Source: an uncultured Poribacteria bacterium (GTDB taxonomy: Bacteria; Poribacteria; WGA-4E; WGA-3G). Taken from it: 64,000 nucleotides of DNA. Location: contig CATQHZ020000001.1 of the NCBI GenBank assembly GCA_958296135.2, forward strand, positions 768,001 to 832,000. The letters are read 5' to 3'. This document shows, piece after piece, positions 30,078-40,700 of the stretch (positions within the stretch are counted from its first letter, which is position 1; each line of letters begins with the position of its first letter). The notes beneath the pieces are model-generated. The model did no database searches and was not told the DNA's origin. It was given only the letters and a program-made list of their open reading frames with translations. Position numbers and translations under genes: made by a program.

Positions 30078-31355
30078 ATGTCAACGGACATTGCACACGG
30101 TGGACAAAACACCGTAATCACAACCGAAGAAAAACGGAACCTGCTACACAAAGCTTTGCAGAAGCGGGGCGGCATCCCAAAAAGGATTTTAGTCGTTCCG
30201 CCGGATATGACGCGCCTTCACTCCAACGCTGGCGAGCTCACCCGAATTCTCTATGAGCTCTGGGATAGCGCAAACGGTGAGTGCTTTGACATTCTGCCTG
30301 CAATCGGCACGCACGCGCCGATGACCCCGGCGCAAATCGCCGAAATGTATGGAGAATTGCCCAAGGCAAGGTATCATGTCCATAATTGGCGGAGTGGACT
30401 GCATCACTTTGGAGAGGTGCCATCCGAATTTGTGCATCAGGTCTCGGGCGGGAAAGTGGACTATCCCATTCCGGTTTCTGTCAACCACCGGCTTGGAGAG
30501 GGATATTACGACCTGATTCTCTCTGTCGGACAGGTAATCCCGCACGAGGTTGTCGGCATTGCGAACGGGTTTAAGAACATCCTCATCGGCACAGGCGGGA
30601 TGGAGACGATTAACAAGTCGCATTTCTTGGGTGCCGTGGACGGTATGGAGCGGTTGATGGGACGCACCGATACCTCCGTGCGGAAGGTGCTCAACTACGC
30701 GCACGAGCACTACCTGAAGCAACTGGGCATTGTCTATGTGATGAGCGTCATGGGTGTTGATGTTGATGGCGCACGCGTGATGCGCGGGCTTTACGTCGGT
30801 GACGATACTGAAACCTTTGAACGCGCCGCTGAATTAAGCCGAACCGTGAACCTCACCTTTTTAGACGCGCCGTTAACGAAAGCAGTCGTCTATTTAGACC
30901 CGAGGGAGTTTAAAAGCACGTGGTTAGGTAACAAAGCTATCTACCGTACACGGATGGCGATGGCGGATAACGGCACGCTGATTATCATCGCCCCGGGCCT
31001 CCGCGAATTCGGTGAAGATGCCGAGATCGACCGGCTCATCCGCAAGTACGGCTACCGCGGCACGAAGACAACCCTCAATGCCGTCGCAGAAAACGCTGAG
31101 TTGCAGGAGAATCTCTCCGCCGCCGCGCATCTCATCCACGGCAGCACCGAGGGGCGTTTCAAGGTTATCTATGCCACTGGATGTCTCACCCAAACCGAAA
31201 TCGAATCGGTAGGCTATGAGTGGGCACCCGTTGACGAAGTCCTTGCGAAATATAACCCTGAAACGCTTGTTGATGGATTTCACGATGACGGTTTTTTCTA
31301 TATTAGCGAGCCGGGGCAAGGGCTGTGGGCGTTGCGTTCGCGGTTCTCCCCGTAG
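30078..31355 (+). CDS. Lactate racemase (LarA/DUF2088) domain protein
   Basis: ILVVPPDMTR, PAIGTH.PM, HVHNW, PHEVVG. Confidence 0.82.
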   Translation: MSTDIAHGGQNTVITTEEKRNLLHKALQKRGGIPKRILVVPPDMTRLHSNAGELTRILYELWDSANGECFDILPAIGTHAPMTPAQIAEMYGELPKARYHVHNWRSGLHHFGEVPSEFVHQVSGGKVDYPIPVSVNHRLGEGYYDLILSVGQVIPHEVVGIANGFKNILIGTGGMETINKSHFLGAVDGMERLMGRTDTSVRKVLNYAHEHYLKQLGIVYVMSVMGVDVDGARVMRGLYVGDDTETFERAAELSRTVNLTFLDAPLTKAVVYLDPREFKSTWLGNKAIYRTRMAMADNGTLIIIAPGLREFGEDAEIDRLIRKYGYRGTKTTLNAVAENAELQENLSAAAHLIHGSTEGRFKVIYATGCLTQTEIESVGYEWAPVDEVLAKYNPETLVDGFHDDGFFYISEPGQGLWALRSRFSP

Positions 31356-31693
31356 GAGAGACTTTCCGGTCTTGACAAACGCCACCGGCCCTCGCGCTAC
31401 GGTGCTTCCGAAAAGAAATGCAAGATTGCAATGCAGTAAGTTCGCGAGGGACAGTGGACATCTCTGCAGCGGGACTGCAGAGATGACAAAGTTTCGGCGT
31501 AACGGCCCTCGCGCTACGGTGCCGGGGCGTTTTTTTGGTTAAGTGGAGAGACTGCGAGGGACAGTGGACATATCTGCAGCGAGGCTGCAGATATGACAAA
31601 GTTTCGGCGTAACGGCCCTCGCGCTACGGTGCCGGGGGCAGTTTTCGCTGCGCGCGAGAGTTAGCTGCCGCCCTAGGCCCTCGCGCTACGGGG
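31351..31693. repeat. REP cluster with two loop-insertion modules
   Basis: GGACAGTGGACAT.TCTGCAGCG...CTGCAGA.ATGACAAAGTTTCGGCGTAACGGCCCTCGCGCTACGG occurs twice. Confidence 0.85.
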
Positions 31694-31710
31694 CTGGGAT
31701 GATGCTGCCT

Positions 31711-32805
31711 TTAATTTTCCCTGAGCGCATTTGACACGATAACCAGATCTAACACATTCACCACGCCATCGCCGTTCACATCGGCGCGATTTTCCCCTGT
31801 CTGTCCGAAATTTGACGAGACTAACACCAAATCTAGAATGTTCACGGTTCCATCGCCGTTCGCATCCCCCGGCGGCGTATCCGTTGTTGTAGATTCTGTC
31901 GTAAATGCCAGATCAAACGTCTGCTCCTCAATAACCGGTACGTCCGTTTCTGCGAGTTCCTTCTCATAATTCCAGATCTCATTTCCCAGCGGTGTGAGGC
32001 GCGCATAGATATCGGCACCGAGGACAACGTCCAGTCCATAAAGGAGTTCCGCCTCGTAGGTGCTGTGGATCTGATAGGTATCTTGCGCGGCATCTACGCC
32101 CGGGGCCTCGATGGATTGCCCTTCACGTGTGATGGACACACCGTTCACGGTTACGGATTTTCCGACTAAACTCCTGTAACCGGAGAGATCCGCGTTGGCA
32201 CGGATACCGGCATCTAAAGAGTTCTTGACAATTGTCTTGAGGAGCTCTTTGGCGATTGTTCCGATGGGTGTCGCCGTGGTCAAGATAGCGGACCCGATTT
32301 CGACGGTACTGAGCTCCACGTTCACGATATTGAGAAGGTTTGTTTCCAGGCTGACCGGGTTGGCCCCGCCGAGGAGAAATCCGTTGAAGGGTTGTGAGGC
32401 ATCCCAGTCTTTCTCTGTGGTGAGGCGGGGTATTTCTAACCTGCGCTTGATGTTGATGTTACCGTCTTCTTCCCAGAACGCGAGAGGAAGAGCGAAGTCC
32501 AAATCGAGGGTGCTGAGGATTTTGACGTTGCCGTTGCTGCTGAACACTCCTTCGGTGCCGCGCACGGTAATCGTCTTGGATTCCCGGTCGAAATTCATGT
32601 CGCCCGTGACGGATGCCGTGATAGTTTCAGCACTGAGTTCCATGTTGAAATCTAGGGCGATGGCACTGCCTACCTTGTGCTCCCAAATCAGGCTGTCGCC
32701 AAAGGGTTTCAATTTGGCATCGTAGGTAACTTGTGCAGCAACGCCAAAGGTGGCGGTGAGCAGTAAGCCTGTGAATATCGAAGCGATAGCGGCGATAGTT
32801 TTCAT
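31711..32805 (-). CDS. Secreted hypothetical protein with C-terminal dockerin-like domain
   Basis: [17 protein letters not shown]...[15 protein letters not shown]. Confidence 0.8.
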   Translation of the reverse strand: MKTIAAIASIFTGLLLTATFGVAAQVTYDAKLKPFGDSLIWEHKVGSAIALDFNMELSAETITASVTGDMNFDRESKTITVRGTEGVFSSNGNVKILSTLDLDFALPLAFWEEDGNINIKRRLEIPRLTTEKDWDASQPFNGFLLGGANPVSLETNLLNIVNVELSTVEIGSAILTTATPIGTIAKELLKTIVKNSLDAGIRANADLSGYRSLVGKSVTVNGVSITREGQSIEAPGVDAAQDTYQIHSTYEAELLYGLDVVLGADIYARLTPLGNEIWNYEKELAETDVPVIEEQTFDLAFTTESTTTDTPPGDANGDGTVNILDLVLVSSNFGQTGENRADVNGDGVVNVLDLVIVSNALREN

Positions 32806-33485
32806 CGGTTTTTCCTCTCAAAAAGTTCGGGTGGGAGGCCTCGATTGACCTCGTAGTTTGCGATGCGATTAATCAGGACGCGGTTTGATACAGGAAAGAG
32901 GCTTCGCGTTTCCACTGGCAAAAAACTGCCCTTGTTCCCGGGCACGTAGTGAAACTGCGTCCGGACAAATTCGATGGATTTGATAAAGTACGTGAGTTGC
33001 ACGACAGTCCAATTGCGTGACGATATCCAGAGGCGCGCCTGCGTTTCGGGCTCCTCGGGGGTGGTGATTTCAAGCACGTAACAGTCCTGCCCGTGGAGCG
33101 GTTCTCGGTGGGATTGCAGCTGCAAATCCAGCGTCTTGAGGCGTTCCAAGGAACTGAGCAGTTCAACGCGGAAGATGCCGCGGGGTGCCTCGCCGATGTT
33201 CTGAACGGCGTGTTCCCCCGGTTTCCGATAAAAGAGGTTGAAGGCGGCTTGCGGTGACTGCCAGTCGAAAAGACTGCCTGATGCTTCCAATGAATCGGTG
33301 GCGTAGGTGTGAACGACAGCGGCGTAGTCGTCGATCTTTTCATAAACTTGCAGCGCGTTGTTCATCACCGCCTGTGCGGTAAGTGCGGCGGTTGCGGGGT
33401 GCGGTAGCAGCACTGCGCCGATGAGGAGAAGGCTGAGTCTCGCAAGAATGTTTCTGGCTGTGAATTGCAAATAACGGTTTGTCAC
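32802..33485 (-). CDS. LolA-like exported protein
   Basis: Signal peptide, CYVLEI...LWI, C-terminal [10 protein letters not shown]. Confidence 0.65.
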   Translation of the reverse strand: MTNRYLQFTARNILARLSLLLIGAVLLPHPATAALTAQAVMNNALQVYEKIDDYAAVVHTYATDSLEASGSLFDWQSPQAAFNLFYRKPGEHAVQNIGEAPRGIFRVELLSSLERLKTLDLQLQSHREPLHGQDCYVLEITTPEEPETQARLWISSRNWTVVQLTYFIKSIEFVRTQFHYVPGNKGSFLPVETRSLFPVSNRVLINRIANYEVNRGLPPELFERKNR

Positions 33486-33699
33486 GGTATTCCTCCGGTT
33501 GCAGGCATCTCATGCGCAGATGACGGGCATAGGTAGTCCCGTGCTAATAACGCGGGAGAGCAAATCCTTGACCGTTGGTGTGAAATTTAGCACGTTTTGC
33601 GTTTTTTGCCACTAATTTTCTGTTTCTTTTTTGGAGGGCGCGGGCCTGTCCCTCACCGTGCGTGGGCACGGGAGACCGCGAGGGACAGGTCCACGCACG

Positions 33700-34422
33700 C
33701 TACGGTGCCGGGGCGGTTTTTGGGTTAAGCAGAGCCAGCAATTCTGCCACTCCCCGAATCGTCTCGGGCCATTTGCCGGCTTGCGTTCCATCCCGATCAA
33801 TGAGAATCGGGCGTATTCCTACGCCATTCGCGCCCTCGATGTCTGCCTCGAAGGTATCGCCGACGTGGACTACCTCTTCCGCCGAAACGCCGACTGCCGC
33901 GAGGGCGTAGTGGAAAATACCCGGGTTCGGCTTCGCTGACCTGACGCGCACATCATGGGACGCGACTATCGCATCAAAATAGTGCGCGATGCCGAGGCGT
34001 TCGGTGAGCGGGTTCAGCGGCGTATCCCAGTTTGAAACGATTGCCATTTTCAAGCCAGCGTGCTGCAGTTGCTGAAGCGTAGGGATAACATCGGCGTAGA
34101 GCGTCGCGTTGCTTGCTGCAAAGAACGAGTGTTGAGATTGCAGCAATTCCCACGCTATTTGTTCCACATGTTCTTGAACGCCGAGTTGCTCTAAAAATTC
34201 GCACCAGCTTTTAACAATTTTGTGCATCGTCTCCAGCAGATTGTGCGTGCTCGGGTCTGAGTCGGATACCTCGGTGACGAGGTTCGCGTGTGCCGCTGCG
34301 TAGTTGTCCCAATTGAGTTGGACCTGGTACCGGTCGGCAACTTTTTGGAGTCTTGCTTTTAGCGGATGCTCCCAGTAGCATAAGGTATAGTAGAAATCAA
34401 AGAAGACTGCTTTTATCATCAT
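33700..34422 (-). CDS. HAD-superfamily hydrolase
   Basis: AVFFDFYYTL, IVSNWD, KPNPGIF, HVGD..ADIEGA. Confidence 0.9.
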   Translation of the reverse strand: MMIKAVFFDFYYTLCYWEHPLKARLQKVADRYQVQLNWDNYAAAHANLVTEVSDSDPSTHNLLETMHKIVKSWCEFLEQLGVQEHVEQIAWELLQSQHSFFAASNATLYADVIPTLQQLQHAGLKMAIVSNWDTPLNPLTERLGIAHYFDAIVASHDVRVRSAKPNPGIFHYALAAVGVSAEEVVHVGDTFEADIEGANGVGIRPILIDRDGTQAGKWPETIRGVAELLALLNPKTAPAP

Positions 34423-34603
34423 TTTTTGGGGAAGACAGTATCTCGTGCTTTGTCCCGTTGAAATTTCCGGGAAAATCAGGTTAAGATCCGGCGATCTGGT
34501 TTCCCTACGCGGGGACTCCCGGAGAATTCAAACATGACAAGACACTGTAGTAGTGTAGCGAGTTGGAAGTCTCTCCTCCGGTGTCGCGACCGGGAGGGCG
34601 CAC

Positions 34604-35290
34604 CTACTGGTAGCGCGTCGGATCGGGGACTTCTGCCTCCTCAAACCCTTTCTTTCGGAGCAGACAGCTATCGCAGTTGCCGCAGGCTCTGCTGTCATCG
34701 TCCGGATCGTAGCAACTCAGCGTGAGGCTATAATCCACACCGAGCCTCGCGCCAATTTGGATAATCTCCGCTTTCGTTTTGTCAATGAGCGGCGTTTGAA
34801 TGGTTAATTCGGTTTGCCCTTCCACGCCAGCGCGCGTTGCCAAATTCGCCATCGTCTGGTAGGCGTGGATGTATTCCGGACGGCAATCCGGATAGCCGCT
34901 GTAATCGAGGGCGTTGACTCCGATAAAGATGGTATCGGCGGCGAGCACCTCTGCCCACGCGATCGCGTAGGAGAGGAAGATCGTGTTTCGAGCCGGCACG
35001 TACGTTATCGGGATACCTTCCCGCATCTCCGCGTCTGACCTGTGTTTCGGCACGTCGATGTCGGCTGTCAACGCCGAGGCACCAAAATTGCGCAGGTCGA
35101 TGTCAACAACGGTGTGCTGTTTCACGGCCATCGCCTTTGCGATATTTTTGGCGCATGTCAGTTCTACCTGATGCCGTTGGCCGTATCGAAAACTCATCGC
35201 ATAGGTATCGTAGCCTTCGGCGAGCGCGATAGCAAGGGTGGTGGTGGAATCGATGCCGCCGCTGAGTAATAGGACTGCTTTTTGCGTCAA
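34604..35290 (-). CDS. queC: 7-cyano-7-deazaguanine synthase
   Basis: [31 protein letters not shown]...CGNCDSC; TTG start after AAGGA. Confidence 0.96.
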   Translation of the reverse strand: MTQKAVLLLSGGIDSTTTLAIALAEGYDTYAMSFRYGQRHQVELTCAKNIAKAMAVKQHTVVDIDLRNFGASALTADIDVPKHRSDAEMREGIPITYVPARNTIFLSYAIAWAEVLAADTIFIGVNALDYSGYPDCRPEYIHAYQTMANLATRAGVEGQTELTIQTPLIDKTKAEIIQIGARLGVDYSLTLSCYDPDDDSRACGNCDSCLLRKKGFEEAEVPDPTRYQ

Positions 35291-35325
35291 TTTTTGTCCT
35301 TTCTTTTTTTGATTATTTTTATTTT

Positions 35326-35517
35326 CCGTAGGGCGAGGGCCGTTACGGTCACGTCTGCAGCAAACGTGCATGTGTCACCCCGCGTTAGCACGGTTACGTC
35401 TATAGCAAACGTGTTTGTTTTGCCTCGCAAAAGCGAACTACCTTACTTTAAGCTGGCATCTCTGCAGCGGGACTGCAGAGATGACAACGTTTCGGCGTAA
35501 CGGCCCTCGCGCTACGG
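35326..35517. mobile_element. 192 bp MITE/REPIN-like element with 22 bp terminal inverted repeats built from REP half-sites
   Basis: CCGTAGGGCGAGGGCCGTTACG ... CGTAACGGCCCTCGCGCTACGG (21/22 complementary); interior related to the loop cargo at 10543-10668. Confidence 0.6.
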
Positions 35518-35545
35518 GGGCCGGGGCGTTTGTCGCTTCGCGCGA

Positions 35546-36073
35546 TTACGCCCTTTCAAACTCCAATTTGGCGAAGCGGAGGAAAATGCCGCCGCCCGGT
35601 CTGCCGAACGGCCCATTGACAGCCAAGCATGCAATGACGTGCTTCGCGCCTGGTTCCGCGTTTTCGGAGACGACGACGCGCTGCGGTGCGTTGAAACCGG
35701 AAGCTGCGCCGCGCCCCGATTCGCCGAACGCCAGATCGATGTTGCCATCAACCCAGACTTCGCCGTAATCGTCGATGCACGTGTGGAACCACACCTGTGA
35801 ACCGGCGATGGAGACACCGTCGACTTCTTCGGGAAGCGTGACGGTAATCCGATACCAGCCGAAGCAGAGGCCGGATAGGACAATTTCTTGGATATTCTCA
35901 CAGATATCCCAGCCGGAATCGTCATAATCGGCGAGGCGCGCTGGCGTTTCTTCCAGCCTGTCGACGAGGCCGCCGTTCGGTTCACCGGGGACGAGCCCAT
36001 CGGCATAACGCCACTCCGCATCGGTGAGTTGGAGGTGTTCCGCGTTTTCTAAATCGAGTTCTGCAATAATCAT
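35546..36073 (-). CDS. Hypothetical protein with galactose-binding/jelly-roll-like domain
   Basis: DYDDSGW, FGWYRITV, IDDYGEVWVDG; SD AAGGAG. Confidence 0.7.
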   Translation of the reverse strand: MIIAELDLENAEHLQLTDAEWRYADGLVPGEPNGGLVDRLEETPARLADYDDSGWDICENIQEIVLSGLCFGWYRITVTLPEEVDGVSIAGSQVWFHTCIDDYGEVWVDGNIDLAFGESGRGAASGFNAPQRVVVSENAEPGAKHVIACLAVNGPFGRPGGGIFLRFAKLEFERA

Positions 36074-36189
36074 TTTGTCTCCTTTTTTTTCGATGGGCGG
36101 AGATAGACATCCGCCCATCACAATTAACCTGCGTAGTTCAGGTTCGCGACCCGCCGATGTTAGTGACATTGGTTTTACGTTCGTCTTGT

Positions 36190-37353
36190 TTAACGATGTT
36201 GCCAAAGTTGATAAGCAATGGCGGTTGAAGCTGTCAGAAAAATTCCTGCGACAATAAATGGAACCTGAACCGAGAAGTTCACCAGAACCCCACTGGCGAC
36301 GTAGCCGGCGAGAAATCCGGTGCTCCATGCCAAATGTGTTAGTCCGACACCGTGCCCTTTTTCATCGGGTGCGGTGAATTCGTTGATAAAGCGCGGGATA
36401 GTGGTTGATAGGGCCCACGCCGCGCCTGCGCCAAGCACGCCGAAAATTTCCAGCGCGATGAGCGAGTTATGATAGAACGCCACGCCGAACGCGAGCAGCG
36501 TCACGATAGCGTTTGCTATGAAGGCAGGCGCGCGGTGCCCGACGGTATCACATATTTTTCCTGTAACTAGTTGGCATCCGAAAGCGAACAACAAACTGAG
36601 CGCGCCGTAATAGCCGGTAGTTTTGACACCTGCAATCCGTGAAATCAGCACCGGCATGAGCAAATTCACGGAGCCCCAATAATAGGTTGGTAAGATGCGT
36701 AAACCGATGAGCATCCGCATCTCACGCCGCCTGCCTAAATCCAGATAAGCTTGAAGCGTGCCCAGATTCCGGATGGGCAGTTGATGTTGCGGTGCTTTCG
36801 GGAGAAATAAGCACGCTCCTACAAATAGGATGCCTACGAGCAACACTGCGCTGCCGCCGAAACCCTCATAACTGATGCGCGTAATCACTTCCCCTGCTAC
36901 CGCACTGCCGAGCGCGCTCCCGATAGTCGTACTGATGAAGTAGAGTGCTGTCGCCAGTCCCAATTTATCCGGCGGTACTGCGCTGATGAGGTAAGATTGC
37001 CCGCCGGCGGTTTTGAAGCCGGAGGCGATACCTTCATAACAGAGGATGCCCCAGATAAACAGCGGCGTTTGTGTCGTAAACAGCCCGCCGATGGCGACTG
37101 CCCCTGTCATACCGATGAGCAATGTGAACTTCCGTCCAAACCTGTCGCTGAGGCTGCCGCCGATGAGTGCTGATATCCCGCCTAATCCGATTGGCAGGGC
37201 GCGCAGCAACGCCGCAAATAACGCGTCTTCCGCTAAAATCTCATCAGCGTAGACGGGAAAAAGCATTAGCACCGGACCTGTTACCAAGCCGATAACAAAC
37301 ACGATGATGCAGAGTTGAATAAAGCCGGCAGACCACATCGAGGAAACAACCAT
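36190..37353 (-). CDS. MFS transporter
   Basis: About 12 TM segments, motif A GSLSDRFGRK. Confidence 0.9.
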   Translation of the reverse strand: MVVSSMWSAGFIQLCIIVFVIGLVTGPVLMLFPVYADEILAEDALFAALLRALPIGLGGISALIGGSLSDRFGRKFTLLIGMTGAVAIGGLFTTQTPLFIWGILCYEGIASGFKTAGGQSYLISAVPPDKLGLATALYFISTTIGSALGSAVAGEVITRISYEGFGGSAVLLVGILFVGACLFLPKAPQHQLPIRNLGTLQAYLDLGRRREMRMLIGLRILPTYYWGSVNLLMPVLISRIAGVKTTGYYGALSLLFAFGCQLVTGKICDTVGHRAPAFIANAIVTLLAFGVAFYHNSLIALEIFGVLGAGAAWALSTTIPRFINEFTAPDEKGHGVGLTHLAWSTGFLAGYVASGVLVNFSVQVPFIVAGIFLTASTAIAYQLWQHR

Positions 37354-37480
37354 TGCAAGGGCGGATTTCCATATCCGTCCGGTTTCTTAATCGGTAGGCG
37401 TGGTTTGAAACCGTTACGTCTTAACATTGCGCGATTGCGTGGCTCCACCAAAGCAATCGCACGAACTCGCCTACCGGCGG

Positions 37481-39133
37481 TTATGGCAGCATGTCAGGGA
37501 AATACCGCATCAGACTCTCCGTGATATTCGGTGCGGCGGTGCCGAGGCCGCATGCGCTCGTCGCCTTCATGACTTCCCCTATCTCTTGTATGAGAGCCCG
37601 GCGGGCGCGATGTCCCTTTGCATTCCTGTCAAGCATCTCCGTTAGCCGCTGCGTTCCGATGCGGCACGGGAAACATTTCCCACACGATTCTTCGGCGAAA
37701 AATTCCATTGCGTTGTGCGCCACGTTTAACATGTCTCGCGTGTCATCGAACACCATGATTCCGGCTGCGCCGAGCATCGCGCCGACTTTTTGGAAACTGG
37801 GTTCATCTATCGTGATGCCCAGGTCTTCGCCCGCGATGAACCCGCCTGAGAGCCCTGCTGACGTAATCGCCTGAATTGAACGTCCCGACGCGGGTCCGCC
37901 TGCCCAATCATAGAGAAGCGTCTGGAGTGGCAGCCCGAAGGGCACTTCGTAATTCCCGGCCCTCTGAATATCTCCAGAGAGGCTAATGATTTTTGTGCCA
38001 GTTAAGTTCTTATCGTAACTGAGGTTTTGATACCAGGCCGCGCCGTGCCGTAGAATTTCTGCGGCGGCAGCGAGCGTCTCCACGTTGTTTACAACGGTAG
38101 GCAGGTTTTCAAAGCCGTGCGTTACAGGATACGGCGGTCTGTTCCTCGGGAACGGGTGTTTTCCTTCGAGGCTGTTTAAGAGTGAACCTTCCTCACCACA
38201 AACGTAGGCACCGGCCCCCCTGCGGATGTAGATGTGGAAATCGAATCTTTCGCCGAGGATGTTCTCGCCGAGCAACCCTGCTGCCTTTGCTTCCGCAATG
38301 GCCCGTTCGAGCGTTTTCAAGGTTTGCGGATATTCGTAGCGGAGGTAGATAAAGCCGCGCGTTGCGCCGGTTGCGTAAGCGGCGAGCGTCATCCCTTCGA
38401 GCACGGCGTGCGGTGCATAGTCAAGAATAGTTCTGTCTTTAAAACAGCCCGGTTCGCCTTCATCTGCGTTGCACACGACTGTTTTCGGTTCGCCGGGTGC
38501 ATTCAGCACCGCTTCCCACTTCGCGCCTGTCGGGAATCCGGCGCCGCCCCTGCCAGCGAGTTGACTCTCCTTCAGCGTGTTGATTACCTCGGTGGGAGAT
38601 GTTGTCACGGCTTGCGTTAATCCTTGGTAGCCTCCGGTGCGTTGGTAACCGGCGAGGGTGTTGCGTTCGGGTTCGCGAATCTCTGCGAAGATGCATTCCT
38701 CGTGCGTTCCTGGGTTCGGCGGTGGCAGCGGCGTGGCATGGACAGCGAGTGTGTCCGCTTGCTGTCCTGTCAGCACCTCGTCCCCTTTCAGGACTGGCAC
38801 ACAATCGTCGCACCGGCCTGCACACGGCATCGGTGTCGCGTCTTCGCTGCTGAGCGCGTCAAGGATTTCTAAGCCCCCTTTCAGCCGGCAGACGGGCCCT
38901 GTGCAGACGCGCGGCGCGTTTTTCCCGGGTGCCTCGCGCGCGAAGTGGTGATAAAAGGTCAGCGTGCCGAAGAGTTCTGCCAACGGTATCCGTAGCCCGA
39001 CTGCGATGTCGCGAAGGGCGGCTTCCGAAATGAACCCGTCTCTGTCGTGAAAAGCGTGTAGCACTGCGAGTAGAGGTGCCGGTGCCTCGCGAAATTGCGC
39101 AATCAACGCTTGATTTGTGGGGATAACCGTCAT
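37481..39133 (-). CDS. Fused NuoE-NuoF (HoxF/FdsGB-like) NADH-binding flavoprotein
   Basis: N-terminal [2Fe-2S] VCTGPVC...CAGRC; GRGGAGFPTG, NADEGEPG, GAGAYVCGEE, ESCGKCFPCRIG, CGLG. Confidence 0.9.
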   Translation of the reverse strand: MTVIPTNQALIAQFREAPAPLLAVLHAFHDRDGFISEAALRDIAVGLRIPLAELFGTLTFYHHFAREAPGKNAPRVCTGPVCRLKGGLEILDALSSEDATPMPCAGRCDDCVPVLKGDEVLTGQQADTLAVHATPLPPPNPGTHEECIFAEIREPERNTLAGYQRTGGYQGLTQAVTTSPTEVINTLKESQLAGRGGAGFPTGAKWEAVLNAPGEPKTVVCNADEGEPGCFKDRTILDYAPHAVLEGMTLAAYATGATRGFIYLRYEYPQTLKTLERAIAEAKAAGLLGENILGERFDFHIYIRRGAGAYVCGEEGSLLNSLEGKHPFPRNRPPYPVTHGFENLPTVVNNVETLAAAAEILRHGAAWYQNLSYDKNLTGTKIISLSGDIQRAGNYEVPFGLPLQTLLYDWAGGPASGRSIQAITSAGLSGGFIAGEDLGITIDEPSFQKVGAMLGAAGIMVFDDTRDMLNVAHNAMEFFAEESCGKCFPCRIGTQRLTEMLDRNAKGHRARRALIQEIGEVMKATSACGLGTAAPNITESLMRYFPDMLP

Positions 39134-39508
39134 AGCAATTTTCTCCTTCCGATGAATCTCTTTACAGATTTTACCAATTTTTCTAATTCATGTCAAGTTT
39201 TTTTTCGGAAGCATTTATAGTTGTTCAATTATCTGTAGTTAGAGCTCGCCTGAGCTCAAACAGGGCAATTTCAGGCGAGCCTGCCCTATAGGGCGGGGGC
39301 CGTTGTTGATTTTCACGGGAGACCTCAAAAACCGGGAAGTAAATCGTTCTGCTTTTTTTTGCGATAAAGTTTGACAAAATGCAGATGATGTGTTACAATA
39401 ACAAAACTGATGCCTCTTCTGGTAGGCGCGCTTTGAAAGCGCGCCTACGGGGGCCTGTTTCTGCGTCAGTCCTAAGTAAGTTTCAGATGATAAAAGGTGA
39501 AAAATCTA

Positions 39509-39885
39509 ATGGAAGCAATTTTCTACAACGGAATTTCGCATGTGGTTCTCGCTATCTTAACCTTGCTGGGCACGCTACTTTGGCAAAAGTCTCGCGGGGA
39601 AAACAGGTGATGGCGCGTTACGAGACGCTTAGGAATTTGGAAAACGCTTTTCAAAAACGGGCTGAGTTGCTTGTAGAAATGGTTACGCTCCTTCGCGAAT
39701 AGGCGAAAAAATAGGACAATGTGGAACGTCTCATCAACGCGCAGGCCGAGATGTTTGTGAACATGACAGCCGTTATCCATGCACAAACCGAGGAAATTAG
39801 GATTATGATGCGGCGATTCACTCCCCAGCCGAAATCATTGCCGGATTCCAGCCAACATCACTCTTGCGACGATAAGGAGCTCTGA
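39509..39885 (+). pseudogene. Disrupted TM plus coiled-coil protein gene
   Basis: MEAIFYNGISHVVLAILTLLGTLLWQK, apparent frameshift near 39600, in-frame TAGs at 39700 and 39712, then the frame stays open to TGA 39885. Confidence 0.5.
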
Positions 39886-39888
39886 AAG

Positions 39889-40599
39889 TTGCGCAATTAC
39901 GTCGACATCGCTTCTCGCGTGAAAAACTTAAACGGGCCGGTGGAACTTATCGGAACCGTCCACGATTACCCAATCTACCAAATCCGCCTGGCATCGTCAG
40001 CAGCGGCACCTGTCCCTATCCTCCTCACCGGTGGAGTGCATGGTGATGAGCCCGCAGGAGTTGCGGCGACGCTGCAATTTTTGGAACGCGACAACACCGA
40101 GCTCTTAAAACGCTTTACGTTTGTCGTCATCCCATGCATTAATCCCTACGGTTACGTTCACGGGACGCGAGAGAACCGGGAGGGTGTGGATATTAACCGC
40201 GCTTTTGACACGATGGATGTCCCAGAAGTCGCCATCGTCAAAAAAGCCATCGCGCAAACGCAATTTTCGTTGGCGATAGATTTCCACGAAGATTACGACG
40301 CAACCGGGTTTTATCTCTACGAAGGCAAGCGCGACGAGGCGTATATCGGGGTTGAACTTGCCGATGCTGTCAAAACAATTGGGCCGATAGATGCAGACGA
40401 CCCGGGCGAAGAGGCACCTGAAATTGCGGCGGGTGTCTACAAGGTTGCCACGGAGTGGGGTACGCAAGGGTTGGCACCTTATCTCTTGCATTTCCACAGC
40501 GAACATGTTATCATCACCGAGACACCGACAATCTGGCCCCTTGAACAACGCGTTGCTCTCCATTTAGGCATATTAGATGGCACGCTTGCGTTTTGCTAA
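39889..40599 (+). CDS. M14-family metallocarboxypeptidase (AstE/AspA-like)
   Basis: GGVHGDEPAG, NPYG...RENREGVDINR, IDFHED, ITETP. Confidence 0.88.
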   Translation: MRNYVDIASRVKNLNGPVELIGTVHDYPIYQIRLASSAAAPVPILLTGGVHGDEPAGVAATLQFLERDNTELLKRFTFVVIPCINPYGYVHGTRENREGVDINRAFDTMDVPEVAIVKKAIAQTQFSLAIDFHEDYDATGFYLYEGKRDEAYIGVELADAVKTIGPIDADDPGEEAPEIAAGVYKVATEWGTQGLAPYLLHFHSEHVIITETPTIWPLEQRVALHLGILDGTLAFC

Positions 40600-40700
40600 A
40601 TGCGCTGCGTCGCTGAATTGAGACAAGAGGTTTCTCCGGTGGCATCGATTGCGGGGGCTCTCCTACGCGAAAATGAACAGATTATCAGGAGACTATATCT

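Noticed and set aside
35290-35330. preQ1 riboswitch upstream of queC
   Set aside because: An A-rich tract is present on the coding strand but the AGAGGTTCTAG-type stem-loop is not; the upstream DNA is a REP composite
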